Below, in pieces: positions 22,943 through 36,265 of a stretch of DNA of 64,000 bases. How positions within the stretch are numbered: position 1 is the stretch's first letter; each line of letters starts with the position of its first letter. Source of the DNA: Squalus acanthias (lineage: Eukaryota). The notes under the pieces were generated by a model, which saw only the letters and a program-made list of their open reading frames with translations, was not told the DNA's origin and made no database searches. The DNA lies in the NCBI GenBank assembly GCA_030390025.1, contig CM059431.1, positions 104,286,001 to 104,350,000 on the forward strand, written 5' to 3'. Position numbers and translations under genes: made by a program.

Positions 22943-23490
22943 AGAATCGTAGAATCATAGAAACTTACAGCACAGAAGGAGGTCATTCGGCCGGTCATGC
23001 CTGTGCTGGCTCTTTGAAAGAGCCGTCGTTCTCAGTCCCTCATCCCCGCTTCTTGTCCGTAACCCTGTGAGTTCCTCATCCTCAAGAACCCGTCCGACTC
23101 CCTTTAAAATTATTGATGGAATCAGCTTCCACCACCTTTTCAGGTCGAGGGTTCCAGATCCCCACAACTCTCTGACTGAAAACATTCCTCCTCATCTCCC
23201 CTCTAGATCTTTTGCCAATGATTTTATATCTATGACCTCTGGTTATTGACCCACTCATCAGAGGGAATAGTCTTTCTCTCTCTACTCTATCAAAATCTCT
23301 CATCATCTTGAAAACCTCTATTAGGTCGCCTCTTAACCTTCTCTGTTCCAGGGAGAACAGTCCGAACTTTTCTAACCTCTCCTCATTACTGAAGTCCCTC
23401 ACCCCTGGTAACATCCTGGTAAACCTCCTCTGCACCCTTTCTAAGGCTTTTACATCTTTCCTGAATTGTGGTTGCCAGAAATCTCCACAA
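22943..23490 (-). mobile_element. CR1 (HER1-like) 3' fragment
   Basis: QRRFTRMLPG..LGLFSLEQRRLRGDLIEVFK..FSQRVV..WN; TTCTATGA-type tail. Confidence 0.9.
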
Positions 23491-23785
23491 TACTTGTATT
23501 TATATAGCTCCTTTCATGACCTTAAGACGTCCCAAAGCGCTTTACAGCCAATGAAGTACTTTTTGAAGTGTAGTCACTGTTGTAGCCAATTTGTGCAGAG
23601 AAAGGTCCCACAAACAGCAATGTGATAATGATCAGATAATCTGATTTTAGGTGTTGGTTGAGGGATAATATTAGCCAGGACACCAGGGAGAACTCCCCTG
23701 CTCTTCTTCGAAAAAGTGCCGTGGGATCTATGTCCACCTGAGAGGGCAGACGGGGGCTCCGTTTAACATCTCATCCGCAAGATGG
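23491..23785 (-). mobile_element. DeuSINE (SacSINE1-like) 3' part
   Basis: Homology to 34649-35117. Confidence 0.8.
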
Positions 23786-24217
23786 AGGCCGGGGCGAGTC
23801 CATGGAAGTGGAGGCCTAAGATTTCCTTGTGGGGCCTGGAGGAACACTCCTGCCTCTACTGGCCCCACAAGGAAAGTAAACATAAACAAAGAATGGCCCA
23901 GATTTGGCCCATACGGCCCCGATCCTCTTCACCGCCAGTTTGGGCCTGAGCGGGAAGCTCGCTGCTCCTTCCCGCTTGGGCTGCCTGGTTAGAATTGCAG
24001 GCGGGTCCCGATGGTCTCATGGGGACCATCATGCACCTATTACAAAGAACCCCTCCAGCTCTGAGCGGAGGTCCTTGCCGCCTGCTCAGTTGAGCAGGTT
24101 AAAATTACGGCCGGTCAGCTCCCGGTGGGTCCAGGGCAGGTAAGTAACCTCGGCGATTTTAACTGCCCACTCACCTAGCTTTTTCCTCTGGGCAGGTAGG
24201 GTTAAGATCGGTCCCCC
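23786..24217. mobile_element. Fragment of a GATTTTAAC/GTTAAAAT-motif non-autonomous DNA element
   Basis: Ends GTTAAGATCGGTCCCC; homologous to 36266-36530 and 41660-42870. Confidence 0.5.
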
Positions 24218-24294
24218 TAATATGATGGGGGAGGGTACTGAAATTGAATTTGGGACAAAAATCCTGGCTCTGTTAGACTTTTTTTTTGAAGCAC

Positions 24295-24667
24295 GAGTTT
24301 AAAGGATCTCATCCTTGTTTTCAAATCCCTCCATGGTCTCACCCCCTCCCTATCTCTGTAATCTCCTCCAGCCCTACAACCCTCCGAGATCTCTGCGCTC
24401 CTTCAGTTCTAGCCTCTTAAACATTGCTGATTTTAATCGCTTCACTATTGGTGGCCGTTCCTTCAGCTGCCGAGACCCTAACCTCTGGAATTCCCTCCCT
24501 AAACCTCTCCACCTCTCTACCTCTCTTTCCCCCTTTAAGCACTCCTTAAAACCTTCATCTGTCCTAATATCTCCTTATGTGGCTCGGTGTCAAATTTTAC
24601 TTGATAAAGCTCCTGTGAAGCGCCTTGGGGCGTTTTTGCTATATTAAAGGCGCTGTATAAATACAAG
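24295..24667 (+). mobile_element. L2 LINE 3' end
   Basis: PPYLCNLLQPYNPPRSLRS..GGRSFS..LWNSLP; tail interrupted by a MITE. Confidence 0.85.
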
Positions 24668-25357
24668 GGGGGAAAAATTGGGTGTCGCCCCTCTTGGGGT
24701 GCTAATGTCACCGGGGCACTAAAATTAGCCCGACTCTGCCTGAGATTCAGTTGTAGCACCCCAAGCAGGAGGCGGGGGGCTACTGGAAGCACTCCACCTC
24801 CTGCTTGGGGTGCTACAACTGAACATCGCAGCGCTACAAGCAACAGCGCCACGCCCGTCGGCACGTAGCGGCGTGTCATTCCAGGCCTCCTTCCCTTGAT
24901 TAAAGGGGAGGGGCCTAGTGCTGCGCGCACCTGGGCCCTGCTGGACCACTGGGGAGCGGGGTGCTGTGAAAACAGCCCAGCACTCAAGAGGAGTGAGCGA
25001 TCGTGGCCGGCACCCTGAGGAAAACAGGGGAAGGGGGCAGGTGCTGGCAGTCGGTCTAAAAAAAATGGCCGCCCGACACTTCCCCCTTTTAATCGCGCCG
25101 CCGCGACTGCAAAAATGCCCCCCTGACCCTGTCGGACATATCGTCTGCCGATAGGTCAGGGGGCGCAACCGAAGTTTGTGGCCGGGGCGCGAGCGGGGCG
25201 CTGCGCACGGCGTTGATGTCATCGGCGAAGGCGCAGCGCCACGGGGCGTTACTGGCTACCGCCGCCGCTAACCTCCCGCTGAATTTCACGGGAGGCTTTA
25301 TCAGCGCAGCGCCTGGGGGCGCTAACGGGAGGCGCAAAGCAAGCCAATTTCCCCCCC
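24668..25357. mobile_element. Harbinger-like MITE inserted in the L2 tail
   Basis: 14-bp imperfect TIR GGGGGAAAAATTGG, 3-bp TSD AAG. Confidence 0.8.
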
Positions 25358-25820
25358 AAGGTGTTGTTGGCTGTACCTGATGCGCTGGGCTCGTTGTTTG
25401 CCACTGTGGAGAGAAAAAGATGAATTTAAGTTGGCTGCTTGATGGATGGATGGATGAACGAAACTCCTTTTCACTCAGCATGGTGTCACTCATTAATGTC
25501 CAACTGGAGAGATGGCACATGAATCACGTTACATTATTACATGCCTTTCACATTTTATACGATGCCTCGTCTTATAAATGCTTTAGTCTCTGCAAGTGCA
25601 CACCTATTGTATGTGTCATCTATTCCCATTCCAATAACTTCATGCAGTTTGGCAACGCAATCAACAAGGTTTGATTGACAGACATGAAGCAGAAAGTCTA
25701 TCTGGATTTGTTCCTCTTTGTGTCTGAAAACACTCATGGAAACCAATTAAATTGCTGCGTGGCTCAGTATAAAACCATACAGGTAGGTTTAGAAGATTCT
25801 CAGAGCTTTCAGGATACATA

Positions 25821-26970
25821 GGCTCCAAATTTCCTGGTTCGCACTTACGCAGAAATTACACCAAATTTTACGGCGGTTCCTGCACCAATATTGGCGACAG
25901 GACTTATGTCAAAATTGCCTATTTGACTCCGCAGAATGTAAAAACTGGTGTAAAAATGTGCAATTTCTGTGTAATCAATCGGGGCCTCAGGAAACTCGGG
26001 AAAAGCACTATCAAAGGGCAGAGCGGACGCCATTCTTCAGAGTGGGTGTTGGGAGTTCAAGGTATGTGGCACGTTGCATTTTTTATTAATTTTTTTAAAA
26101 AAATGTGTTTATTCTGAGTGTTTCAACAGCACTGCACAGAAGGGAATGATCAGCCAAGAGACCAATATTATACAAGTGTGGCAGGAGGGGGGAGCTGCAA
26201 CTTAGTAGAGAGAGACCTACAGGCTCTACTGGAGGAGATAGAGACCAGGCTGAACTGGCTCCTGGGCTCCAGGAAGGCCAGGCCTGGCCAAACAGTCAGC
26301 TGAGGCACATGGAGGGAGGTGGCTCTGGCTCTGAGACCCCAAGAACAGCCGAGCAATGCAGGAAAAAGTTCAATGACCTGACCAGGGCTGGGAAGGTAAG
26401 ACACTCACCCTGTTCCCCCTTTCTTCCTTGACTACACTTAGCACCACTACATTCCAAACTCTCTGAAAGCAGCACTTTAGACTGAATTTGGCTTAAGGGC
26501 ACCTCTATCACCCAACCCTGTAAGGTACATGCCTACACAGCTCCCTAATCACTCAGTAACTGACCAGGACAACCCCCCAAACATGCTATACCAATTTGGC
26601 CCCCTCACATCGTCACCTGTCGCACATGAGTTGGGCCGCAGACCCAGTGCCAAGTTGAAGGACGGTAGTTGCAATCTTAGTGCCTGGTGCTACTAACTCT
26701 GAGAGGAGCAGGGGTAGCTCAACTGCCTCAGGGCAAACCAATCTTGCAAAGAGGGCCCCAAAGAAACATTACACCCCTTATTTTCTTACTCAAAGGACCT
26801 AACGCCTGTTCCGGGCGTGGCCCCTGTACAACGGTTTTTTCTCCTCCTCTACTATGGCGGGCGTCGCACTGCCGTTTGGAAATGGTCGTGTGCCTGCTGT
26901 CCGGCCTATTGGGGGATATTCGGCTGGTTAGCGCCCTAAGATGGGTGCTGCGCAGCCGAATTTATAGACC
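25821..26970 (+). mobile_element. Harbinger derivative carrying a decayed Myb/SANT-like exon (~26180-26395)
   Basis: RDLQALLEEIETR..WREVA..PRTAEQCRKKFNDLTRAGK followed by a GTAAG donor; GG..AAATT-type termini. Confidence 0.65.
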
Positions 26971-27728
26971 TAAGGCCTTCTCTAACCAAACAACTCTGCT
27001 GAATAGTAAAAGATCTTTAAAAACGAACTTCTGCCAGGAACTGTTATTCTTCTAATCTAAGTACTCCAGAGAGTTTCCTAAAGCGCCAATTAAAACCACA
27101 AGCTGTGTACATTACTAAATGGTAAAGAACTCAGAAACCACAATCGATACTGTTTCACCTTAAGCATTTAACTGGTAAGGAACATGGACAGAATCTTCGG
27201 GGTTTTCTCAGAGGCTTTCATCCTTTTACAAACTATTGACCTGCGAATTTATGGAATATTGCTGATATTCTATCGTTTATCCTGTCAAGATTTCACAACC
27301 ATTCCCCATTTGTTATTCTGACGCCTGGAACCAGATCAACAGTACTGTTACTATTATACGCAACAGCATCTTCCTCAAGTGCAAATGATTGCTCAATTCT
27401 TCTGTTAACATTTTAATTTTATTTCACGTGAATTAGAATCTTAATCAGTGCAGCGTTCTCCGCCCCGTAGAATGAACATGTTCAGCAGCTCACCTCTTGA
27501 GCGGAAACCAGCTGTGCATAGTGATAAGAGAGCAGAACTTGCTTGTTCCATTTGTTACACGATCTCAGCAATGCGTTCTACAGGTTACTGGATTTAGTCC
27601 GTTTTGAAATATAGGTGTTTCTGCTGAAAATTCTTACTGGGTCAGCTGTTCAGCTCACTACCCTCTTGGCTTGACAAATGTGAGAAGTCACACAACACCA
27701 GGTTATAGTCCAACAGCTTTATTTGAAA

Positions 27729-27765
27729 TCACAAGCTTTCGGAGCGCTGCTCCTTCATCAGGTGA
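27729..27765 (-). ncRNA. Minimal type I hammerhead ribozyme motif
   Basis: TCAC-CTGATGA-AGGAGCagcGCTCC-GAAA-GCTT-GTGA. Confidence 0.7.
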
Positions 27766-28188
27766 AGTGAAGAGATGCATATAGGCACAGCATATATAGA
27801 CAGAGAACAATGCCAGACGACTACAGTTAATCTTTCTAACTGCCCTTTATCACACCTCGGCAGAGAGACAATCACGGCAATCAAAGGTGTGGATGGTGTC
27901 CAACCAGGTCAGTCAGGAGAACATTACATCAAAGACGATAGCAAAATACAACAAAGACAATGAGGTGGGGTCACAAGGGGTCAAATGTGGCAGGTGCCGG
28001 AGTCTGTATGGAAAACAAAAAACTTTTAACTTTTTTTGCTGGAAATCACAGCAGGTCCGGCCGCATCTGTGTAGAGAGAACAAGCCAACGACGACTCGAG
28101 GCTGGATGACTCTACGTCAGGTGGGGTTACATGTAGCGTGACATGAACCCAAGATCCCAGTTGAGGCCGTCCTCATGGGTGCGTCACT

Positions 28189-28225
28189 TCACCTGACGAA
28201 GGAGCAGCGCTCCGAAAGCTTGTGA
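28189..28225 (+). ncRNA. Minimal type I hammerhead ribozyme motif
   Basis: TCAC-CTGACGA-AGGAGCagcGCTCC-GAAA-GCTT-GTGA. Confidence 0.7.
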
Positions 28226-29667
28226 TTTTAAATAAAGCTGTTGGACTATAACCTGGTGTTGTGCAACTTCTCACTTTTGTCCACCCCAGTCCAACACCGG
28301 CATCTCCGCCTCTTGGCTTGAACCATCCCTTCCAATTTTTACTTACCATTTTACTTCGATCAGTAGAGCTTAGGAGTAACAGTGATTTACACCCCACACA
28401 AATTGCTTTCTGCCATTGAAAACGGTGGAAGATTGTTCAGCTCAACGAAATGCCAAGCAGACTGGGCCACTGTAATAAATTTCATTGACCACTGCTGTTC
28501 CTGTTGCTTTTGTTGGGGGAACAAGAAAGTCTCACCAATTCCAACATGGGCAACCTTACAATAAGACAAAGTCGGAGCGCTATGAGAACGTTTTGCAACA
28601 TTTCTTTTCAAGGCACTATTTTATAAATTAATATAATTTCAGCATTTCTTCTTGCAAATGTTGTGCACAGTTTTTAGAAATGTCCGTCAGCGGGAAATGT
28701 GGAGTAACACGATCAAAACTGAATTTCAACTGGTCTGCAAAAGCTTTGGTTAATGGACTGAATACCATTAAAACTGAAGCAGTATATCACAAACGAGTAA
28801 TTGAATTGTGCTGGGGTTTAAGACCTTAGGTATAGCCACTGCTTAGAAGGACCTTGCTTTGTTTATTCCTTAAGTCAGCAATAGCCCACCAACCTCAAAT
28901 TGAAATAAATCAATAAACCATTAAGCTATGACTGAACAACTCAAGTGAGATATGAACTGCAGTTCAGAGTTCAACTTTGTGTCATTCTATATATTCACAT
29001 TGACTACTGTCAGCTGCAGTTCCGTCTCTCAGAACATATACAGTGCTCAAATAATAATAGGTCTACGAAGTGTACAGCCCTCTGAGGACTTTGGAAGTAA
29101 TTTCACACTAGAACCATCCAGTTCATTCAGACCAACAAGAACAAATTGCAAGCAAATGAATAATGTGATTACCCCAGGGTATAGTATCTCCAGGAGTGTT
29201 TTTTCTATCTTGTTCGTAACTCCACGATGGCCCAAAATACAGGAAGGATCATAAACCATATCTGAAAACATACTGGCAGACGATCACCTTTCTCTTTGAC
29301 ATTTGGGGACACATTGAGTGCATAAAGATAAATGTGCTCCCTAAAATCAATTATATATTAGGCATGCTTTTGCTAGAAGTGTCCAACTCAGTATTATTTT
29401 GACAATATAGTAAATCTCTCCATCTTTATATAGCTAGAGGAGAAAAAAAAAACATTTAGCATTAGCACCTTTCTGTTACCCAAATACAGAGCTGGGTTTG
29501 CAGTCTCAACACCACAGCCACCATGGTTATTCGCCATGTAACTATACATCTTACAGACAAGAAATGATCCTGACCTACATTGGTTCCCGGTGCAGCAACA
29601 CCTTAAAATTAAAATTCTCATCCTTGTTTTCAAATCCCTATGTGGCCTCGCCCCTCCCTGTCTCTGT

Positions 29668-30350
29668 GCATAAGAACATAAGAAATAGGAGCAGGAGTAG
29701 TCCATACAGCCCCTCGAGCCTGCTCCGCCATTCAATAAGATCATGGCTGATCTTCTACCTCAACTCCACTTTCCCGCCCGATCCCTATATCCCTTGATTC
29801 CCTAAGTGCCCAAAAATCTATTGATCTCAGTCTTGAATATACTCAATGACTGAGCACCCACAGCCCTCTGGGGTAGAGAATTCCAAAGATTCACAACCCT
29901 CTGAGTGAAGAATTTGTCCTCATCTCAGTCCTAAATGGCCGATCCATTTTCCTGAGACTGTGCCCCCCAGTTCTAGACTCCCCAGCCAGCGGGAAACAGC
30001 TTCCCAGCATCTACCCTGTCAAGCCCTCTAAGAATTTTATATGTTTCAATGAGATCACCTCTCATTCTTCTAAGTTCCAGAGAGTATAGGCCCAGTCTAC
30101 TCAATCTCTCCTCACAGGACAACCCTCACATCCCAGGACTCAGTCCAGTGAACCTTTGTTGCACCCACTCTACGGTAAGTATATCCTTCCTCAGGTAAGG
30201 AGACCAAAACTGTGCACAGTACTCCAGGTGTGGTCTCACCAAGGCCCTATATAATTGCAGCAAGACTTCCTTACTCTTATACTCCAATCCCCTTGCAATA
30301 AAGGCTAACATACATTTACCTTCATAATTGTTTGCTGTACCTGCATGTTA
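29668..30350 (-). mobile_element. CR1 3' fragment inserted in an L2 fragment (29565-29667, resuming ~30350)
   Basis: LLQLYRALVRPHLEYCAQFWSP; (TTCTTATG)n tail. Confidence 0.88.
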
Positions 30351-30524
30351 ACCTCTTCCAGCCCTACAACTATCCAAGTCCAAGAGACAGCATGCAGATG
30401 AGGAAGAGGAAGTAAACCTATCAATCAGAGACAACTTTTTTTTCCATTCGATGAGCTAGCACACCTTTCCAAATCGTGATGCTCAAGTTGGATAACAAAG
30501 AAAATGCAGTATTAGCATGCAAAT

Positions 30525-31387
30525 ATTTTTTTTTAATTCGTTTATGGGATCTGGGCGTCGCTGGCAAGGCCAGCATTTATTGCCCATCCCTAATTGCCCT
30601 CGAGAAGGTGGTGGTGAGCCGCATTCTTGAACCGCTGCAGTCCGTGTGGTGAAGGTGCTCCCACAGTGCTGTTAGGGAGGGAGTTCCAGGATTTTGACCC
30701 AGCGACGATGAAGGAATGGCAACATATTTCCAAGTCAGGATGGTGTGTGACTTGGAGGGGAACTTGGAGGTGGTGGTGTTCCCATGTGCCTGCTGCTCTT
30801 GTCCTTCAAGGTGGAAGAGGTTGCGGGTTTGGGAGGTGCTGCCAAAGAAGCCTTGGTGAGTTGCTGCAGTGCATCTTGTAGATGGTACACACTGCAGCCA
30901 CTGTACGCTGGTGGTGGAGGGAGTGAATGTTTAAGGTGGTGGATGGGGTGCCAATCAAGCGGGCTGCTTTGTCCTGGATGGTGTCGAGCTTCCTGAGTGT
31001 TGTTGGAGCTGCACTCACCCAGGCAAGTGGAGAGTATTTCATCACACTCCTTACTTGTGCCTTGTAGATGGTGGAAAGGCTTTGGGGAGTCAGGAGGTGA
31101 GACACTCACTGCAGCATACCTAGCCTCTGACCTGCTCTTGTTGCCACAGTATTTATGTGGCTGGATCAGTTACGTTTCTGGTCAATGCTGAACCCCAGGA
31201 TGTTGATGGTGGGGGATTCAGCGATGGTAATGCCGTTGAATGTCAAGGGGCGTAGGTTAGACTCTCGCTTGTTGGAGATAGTCATTGCCTGGCACTTGTG
31301 TGGCGCGAATGTTACCTGCCACTTATCAGCCCAAGCCTGAACGTCGTCCAGGTCTTGTTGCATGCGGGCATGGACTGCTTCATTATC
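30525..31387 (-). mobile_element. CR1-group LINE 3' fragment (family of 17250-19335)
   Basis: QQDLDDVQAWADKWQVTFAPHKC; YKAQVRSVMKYS. Confidence 0.88.
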
Positions 31388-31471
31388 AAGGACAGAATAA
31401 TCTATCAAATACACAATTGCAAGTAATACCAGCAGCATATATTGAAAAGGAATGGATAATATAATACATCT

Positions 31472-31930
31472 GAAAGAAAGACGTGCATTTATGTAACGCC
31501 TTTCATGACCACTGGACGTCCCAAAGCGCTTTACAACCAATAAAGTACTTCTGAGGTGTAGTCACTGTTGTAATGTAGGAAACACGGCAGCCAATTTGTG
31601 CACATCAAGCTCCCACAAACAGCAATGTGATAATGACCAGATAATCTGTTTTTCTGGTGATGTTGGTGATGGATAAATATTGGCCCAGGACACCGGGGAG
31701 AACTCCCCTGCTCTTCTTTGAAATAGTGCCATGAGAACTTTTACATCCACCTGAGAGAGCAGACGGGGCCTCGGTTTAACGTCTCATCCAAAAGACAGCA
31801 CCTCCGACAGTGCAGCGCTCCCTCAGTACTGCACTGGAGTGTCAGCCTAGATTTTTGTGCTCAGGTCTCTGGAGTGGGACTTGAGCCCACAACCTTCTGA
31901 CTCAGAGGCGAGAGTGCTATGGCTGACACA
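31472..31930 (-). mobile_element. DeuSINE (SacSINE1-like), near full length
   Basis: Homology to 34649-35117. Confidence 0.85.
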
Positions 31931-32338
31931 CAACTTAAGTGTGCTTTTTTTAATGGATTTATTCAACATTAAAAACAGTTACAACATCGTGATCATTCCA
32001 TTGTATCATACAAATCCACTCCGCCGCTCTGCACAGCCATTCCTCCACCACATATTAACATCAAAACCTGACGTTTAAATTGTCTCCCGTAACATATATT
32101 AAGCAACTTAAGTGTGTTAAGTATGTTTGACTTAAATCTGAAAGTCTATAAGCAGCAGAAGGACCACAGGACAGTGAGAAGGATTAACAGAAGAATGTGA
32201 GCACTAGGGAGATAATGCGAAGATCAGCAAAGCGGAGCAGGAGGACAAGCAATAGAGTGGGAGGATCTGCAGACATAAGTAGGTTGTGAAACACTGGCCA
32301 GAGAGTGAGGGGTATCAAGGCAGTTAAAAAGGATACAA

Positions 32339-32720
32339 AGAACTTGCATTTATGTCGCGCCTTTCATGACCTCAGGACATCCCAAAACATTTCACAGTCA
32401 ATGAAGTACTTTTGAAGTGTAGTCACTGTTGTAATGTAGGAAAACGCAGCAGCCAATTTGCAGACAGCAAGCTCCCACAAACAGCAATGAGATAAATGAC
32501 CAGTTAATCTATTTTTTCTGGTGTTTATGGTTGAGGGGTAAATGGTCACCAGGACTACAGGAGGGCTCCCCTGCTCTTCTTTGAAAAATGCTGTGGGATC
32601 TTTTACATCCACCTGACGGAGCCTGGGTTTAACATCTCATCCGAAAGACGGCACCTCTGACAGTACTGCACTCTCTCAGTACTGCACTGGAGAGTCAGCC
32701 TAGATTGTGCACCCAAGTCT
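32339..32720 (-). mobile_element. DeuSINE (SacSINE1-like)
   Basis: Homology to 34649-35117. Confidence 0.8.
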
Positions 32721-32872
32721 CTTGTGAATCTGTCCCCTTTATAATTATAAGAAATGGTTACCATTCATACTGCATAGGCAGAGAGTGTGGTTGTCTAAGC
32801 TGCCACCAAACTGAACTAATGTAGATTTCCAATCTGTCCAAAGTATATTAGTGCAAAGGTTTTTATTGATAT

Positions 32873-33195
32873 CAACAACAACTTGCATTTATATAGCACC
32901 TTTAATATAGCAAAACGTTCCAAGGAGCTTCACAGGAGTGTTATCAAACAACATTTGACACCAAGCCACATAAGGTGATATTAGGGCAGAGAGGTAGATT
33001 TTAAGGAGCGACTTAAAGGAGAAAAGAGTCGCAGAGGTTTAGGGAGGGAATTCCAGAGCTGAGGGCCCAGGCAGCTGAAGGCACGGCTGTCAATGGTGGA
33101 GCGATTAAAATCGGGGATGCTCAAGAGGCCAGAATTGGAGGAGCGCAGAGATCTCGGAGAGTTGTGTGGCCGGAGAAGGTTACAGAGATAGAGAT
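32873..33195 (-). mobile_element. L2 3' fragment
   Basis: (CAA)n CTTGCATTTATATAGC tail; homologous to 37160-37500. Confidence 0.8.
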
Positions 33196-33435
33196 GAATG
33201 AATTTGATTTATAACCTGGGTTAGCTTTAATTTATCCTGTTCCAACCTTCGTGTTGCTTCTATCTGATGATTTTCTATTTCGGAAGAACTTTTACTGGTC
33301 CACGTACATCTTTGATTGAGATGGACCCGTTATTGATTGCTAATCATTTGTACTTTCAATCCAAGTATTCCTTCTGTTAATTTTTTTTTTGTAGAGTTAA
33401 TTAAAATCTAGAGCATGGGCATGATAAAACATATT

Positions 33436-34199
33436 GGCCCAGAAATTAAACATGGATGGTTCCACCAGGGGTAAGGATTCCCCGCGATATCGCACTCCGC
33501 GCCTACCTTTTTGCTCTGGGCCCACACGAACTTTAGTTTCAAAGGCTCTCTCTGTTGGAACCGTGCAGTGCTTGCGTGACCCAGAGACGCAATTAGTTCG
33601 TGCGCGCTCTGGGATCACGTGATTCAGTTAGAGCCAATGGCAGCACACCATCTTTCATTCATAGTTTTGACGGCAAGAGCTGTCAAAGCTATGAATACTA
33701 CACCCCCCCAAAAGAACAGCTAAACCTCAATAAAATTTTTTAAAAGCCATCACATTAATAAAATAAGTATAGTTAAATAAATTAACCACTTTAAACAAAA
33801 AATAAATTTTTTGAAAAAATTTTAAATCTTTTTAAAAGTTATAAAAATAAACTTACCTTTCTTTAAAGTCTCTAAAAAAGATAAACCTGTTGAAAAAAAT
33901 GTAAAATAACACTTAATTAACAACTTACCTTGTTAAAAGGGGGTCCTACACCTGCTTTCTTTATGTGTAAAATCTTCACCACTTACCTGCGCGTTCAAAG
34001 CTGGAAAAAAAACCTAAGTGCACTGCGTGCGCACAACCTGTAGTGCGCACGCGGTTCACTTAGGAACCGCCCCCTTTTCAATTCACGAAGTGCTGGTTTT
34101 CCGCGCATGCGCAGTGCATGCAGGAAACCGGCAATTCGGGATCTAATACGCGAGAGTACACAGTGCGTACTCTCGCGTATTATGTTTAATTTTCGGGCC
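33436..34199. mobile_element. Non-autonomous Harbinger-like element with AT-rich core
   Basis: 18-bp imperfect TIR GGCCCAGAAATTAAACAT, 3-bp TSD ATT. Confidence 0.85.
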
Positions 34200-34648
34200 A
34201 TTGCCTATATAATGGGTCTAGCACAATGTCTGATTGTAATAGGTTAATTTTATCTTTTAAGGCCTACTGTCTTTCTACGCATTCCTCATAAATCATATAC
34301 TGTGTATGCTGGTACGATGGTTTTGACTGTGAATGCACATGTAAAGATCTTCATCTTGAGCACTTTTGTAGTCCGAACTCTGCTTCTGACTGATAATCCT
34401 TGACGGTGAATACAATACTGTCATTTTCGTAGCATACCATTGTGAAAGGACAGTCCCACAAGAGGCTGCCATTGCTTCACTTGTCAGTGAATTCTGTTAA
34501 GTATTTAAATAAATGGAGGCCAAGGCATAGATGGTAAATGAACAAAGGTAGGTTTGCTTGCATTTGAGGAAGTCGGTTGCACAAAATGACTGAACTTTTA
34601 AATGTGTGGAGTATGAATAAAGATAGTCCATCCTTCCCTGATATAGAA

Positions 34649-35117
34649 GTGTCAGCCATGGCTCAGTTGGTAGCACACTCGCCTCTGAGTCAGAAGGTTG
34701 TGGGTTCACAGTCCCACTCCAGGGACTTGAGCATGGAAATCCAGGCTGACGCTCCAGTGCAGTGCTGAGGGAGTGCTGCACTGTCGGAGGTGCCGTCTTT
34801 TGGATGAGACGTTAAACAGAGGCCCCGTCTGCTCTCTCAGGTGGACGTAAAAGATCCCATGGCACTATTTGGAAGAAGAGCAGGCAAGTTCTCCCCGGTG
34901 TCCTGGGCCAATATTTATCCCTCAATCAACATAACAAAAACAGATTATCTGGTCATTATCACATTGCTGTTTGTGGGAGCTTGCTGTGCGCAGATTGGCT
35001 GCTGCGTTTCCTACATTACATCAGTGAGCGCACTCCAAAAAACACTTCATTGGCTGTAATGCGCTTTGAGATGTCCAGTGGTCGTGAAAGGCACTATATA
35101 AATGCAAGTCTTTCTTT
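34649..35117 (+). mobile_element. DeuSINE (SacSINE1-like), full length
   Basis: tRNA A/B-box head, Deu-type core, L2-type tail AAAGGCACTATATAAATGCAAGTC. Confidence 0.88.
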
Positions 35118-36265
35118 ATAGCCCTACTGGAGTTCTTGAAGAGTGAATTCCCTTCGGACACTCAAGCATTCCAAAGTGATGGATTTCAGACATCTACATT
35201 TCTGGTTAATTGTTTCCGTTAATTGGACTCTGAGCCTGGAAAAGGTAGACCGGGTAGGGTCCATTCTCAGGAGGGGACGGGACCCAATGCGTCAGCGGCC
35301 CAGGTTATTTTCGTAGAGCCCAGTCAAGGTTCACACATGAAGAATGGTCACCTGTGTCCGAGAATGGAGGGCAACTGACTCAGTAGAATCAAACCCTTGA
35401 GCCAGTTGCTAATTTCAGAGGAGAAAATTGGATGAGGATTTAATGCTATATGTGAAAAAAAAATTCTGCTAAATTTCTGACACTAGCTATTCTTTTAGTG
35501 AATGAATGAAGCGTACTTGTAATTAAGTTAGATGTACTTTGGTGTTAGACTGCAGTCCTCAGAGGGTGGAAGAGGGTTTTGAAACAACCACAATGGAATT
35601 AATAATTGGATTGTGTTAATGTTTGTGCTATTACAATCCTTCATATGATTAATTATAAAAATCAATAATTCATTAATAGCTCCAAAGTTAGAAATTACTA
35701 TTTGCGATATTAATACACTAATGGATTGGTAAAATACATGGATTAACATCTCTGCTAAAACCGCAAAGGGGTGTGATAACAATTATGTTAAGTGTTTATA
35801 CACTTACAGTACAAACAAGTATTTATAGGCTCTAATCTTTTGTGCTCAGGAATAATGCAAATATTTCTTATTTAATTATAAATTCTACCCCGTTGATGCA
35901 AAACATAATCCCTTCAAGAAAAAGCTAGATTTTATTTAATTGTTTAAGTTGCCTGAAGCCTTTATCTCGTGGAACTTCTCAAATAGAAAGATGGGGCATT
36001 GGGACTGGAGTTACAAGACATCATTAAATTGAAAGTGCCAGGTACCTTTCTGAAAAGTATGAAGTTCTCCAGTGTCTGGATTTTATTAGCATCTGTTGAT
36101 GGTTTGCCAGTTGTTATTTTACATAGGACAATCAAAATCTGATAAGATCATAGTATCAGGATAGAGGCAAATGTGGTCTCATCAAATAGCCAGGGATCCC
36201 ATGGCATTCTAAAATAATTGGGACGTTAGGCAATGTGATCTCATGATGTTTTGGCTATATACTAT

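Larger units (their letters stand above)
27679..28307. mobile_element. Penelope-like element remnant with inverted terminal copies
   Basis: 27679-27770 and 28184-28276 are inverted repeats, each carrying a hammerhead core. Confidence 0.7.

Noticed and set aside
29047..29271. Possible host exon
   Set aside because: No recognisable protein motif or convincing splice-site pair
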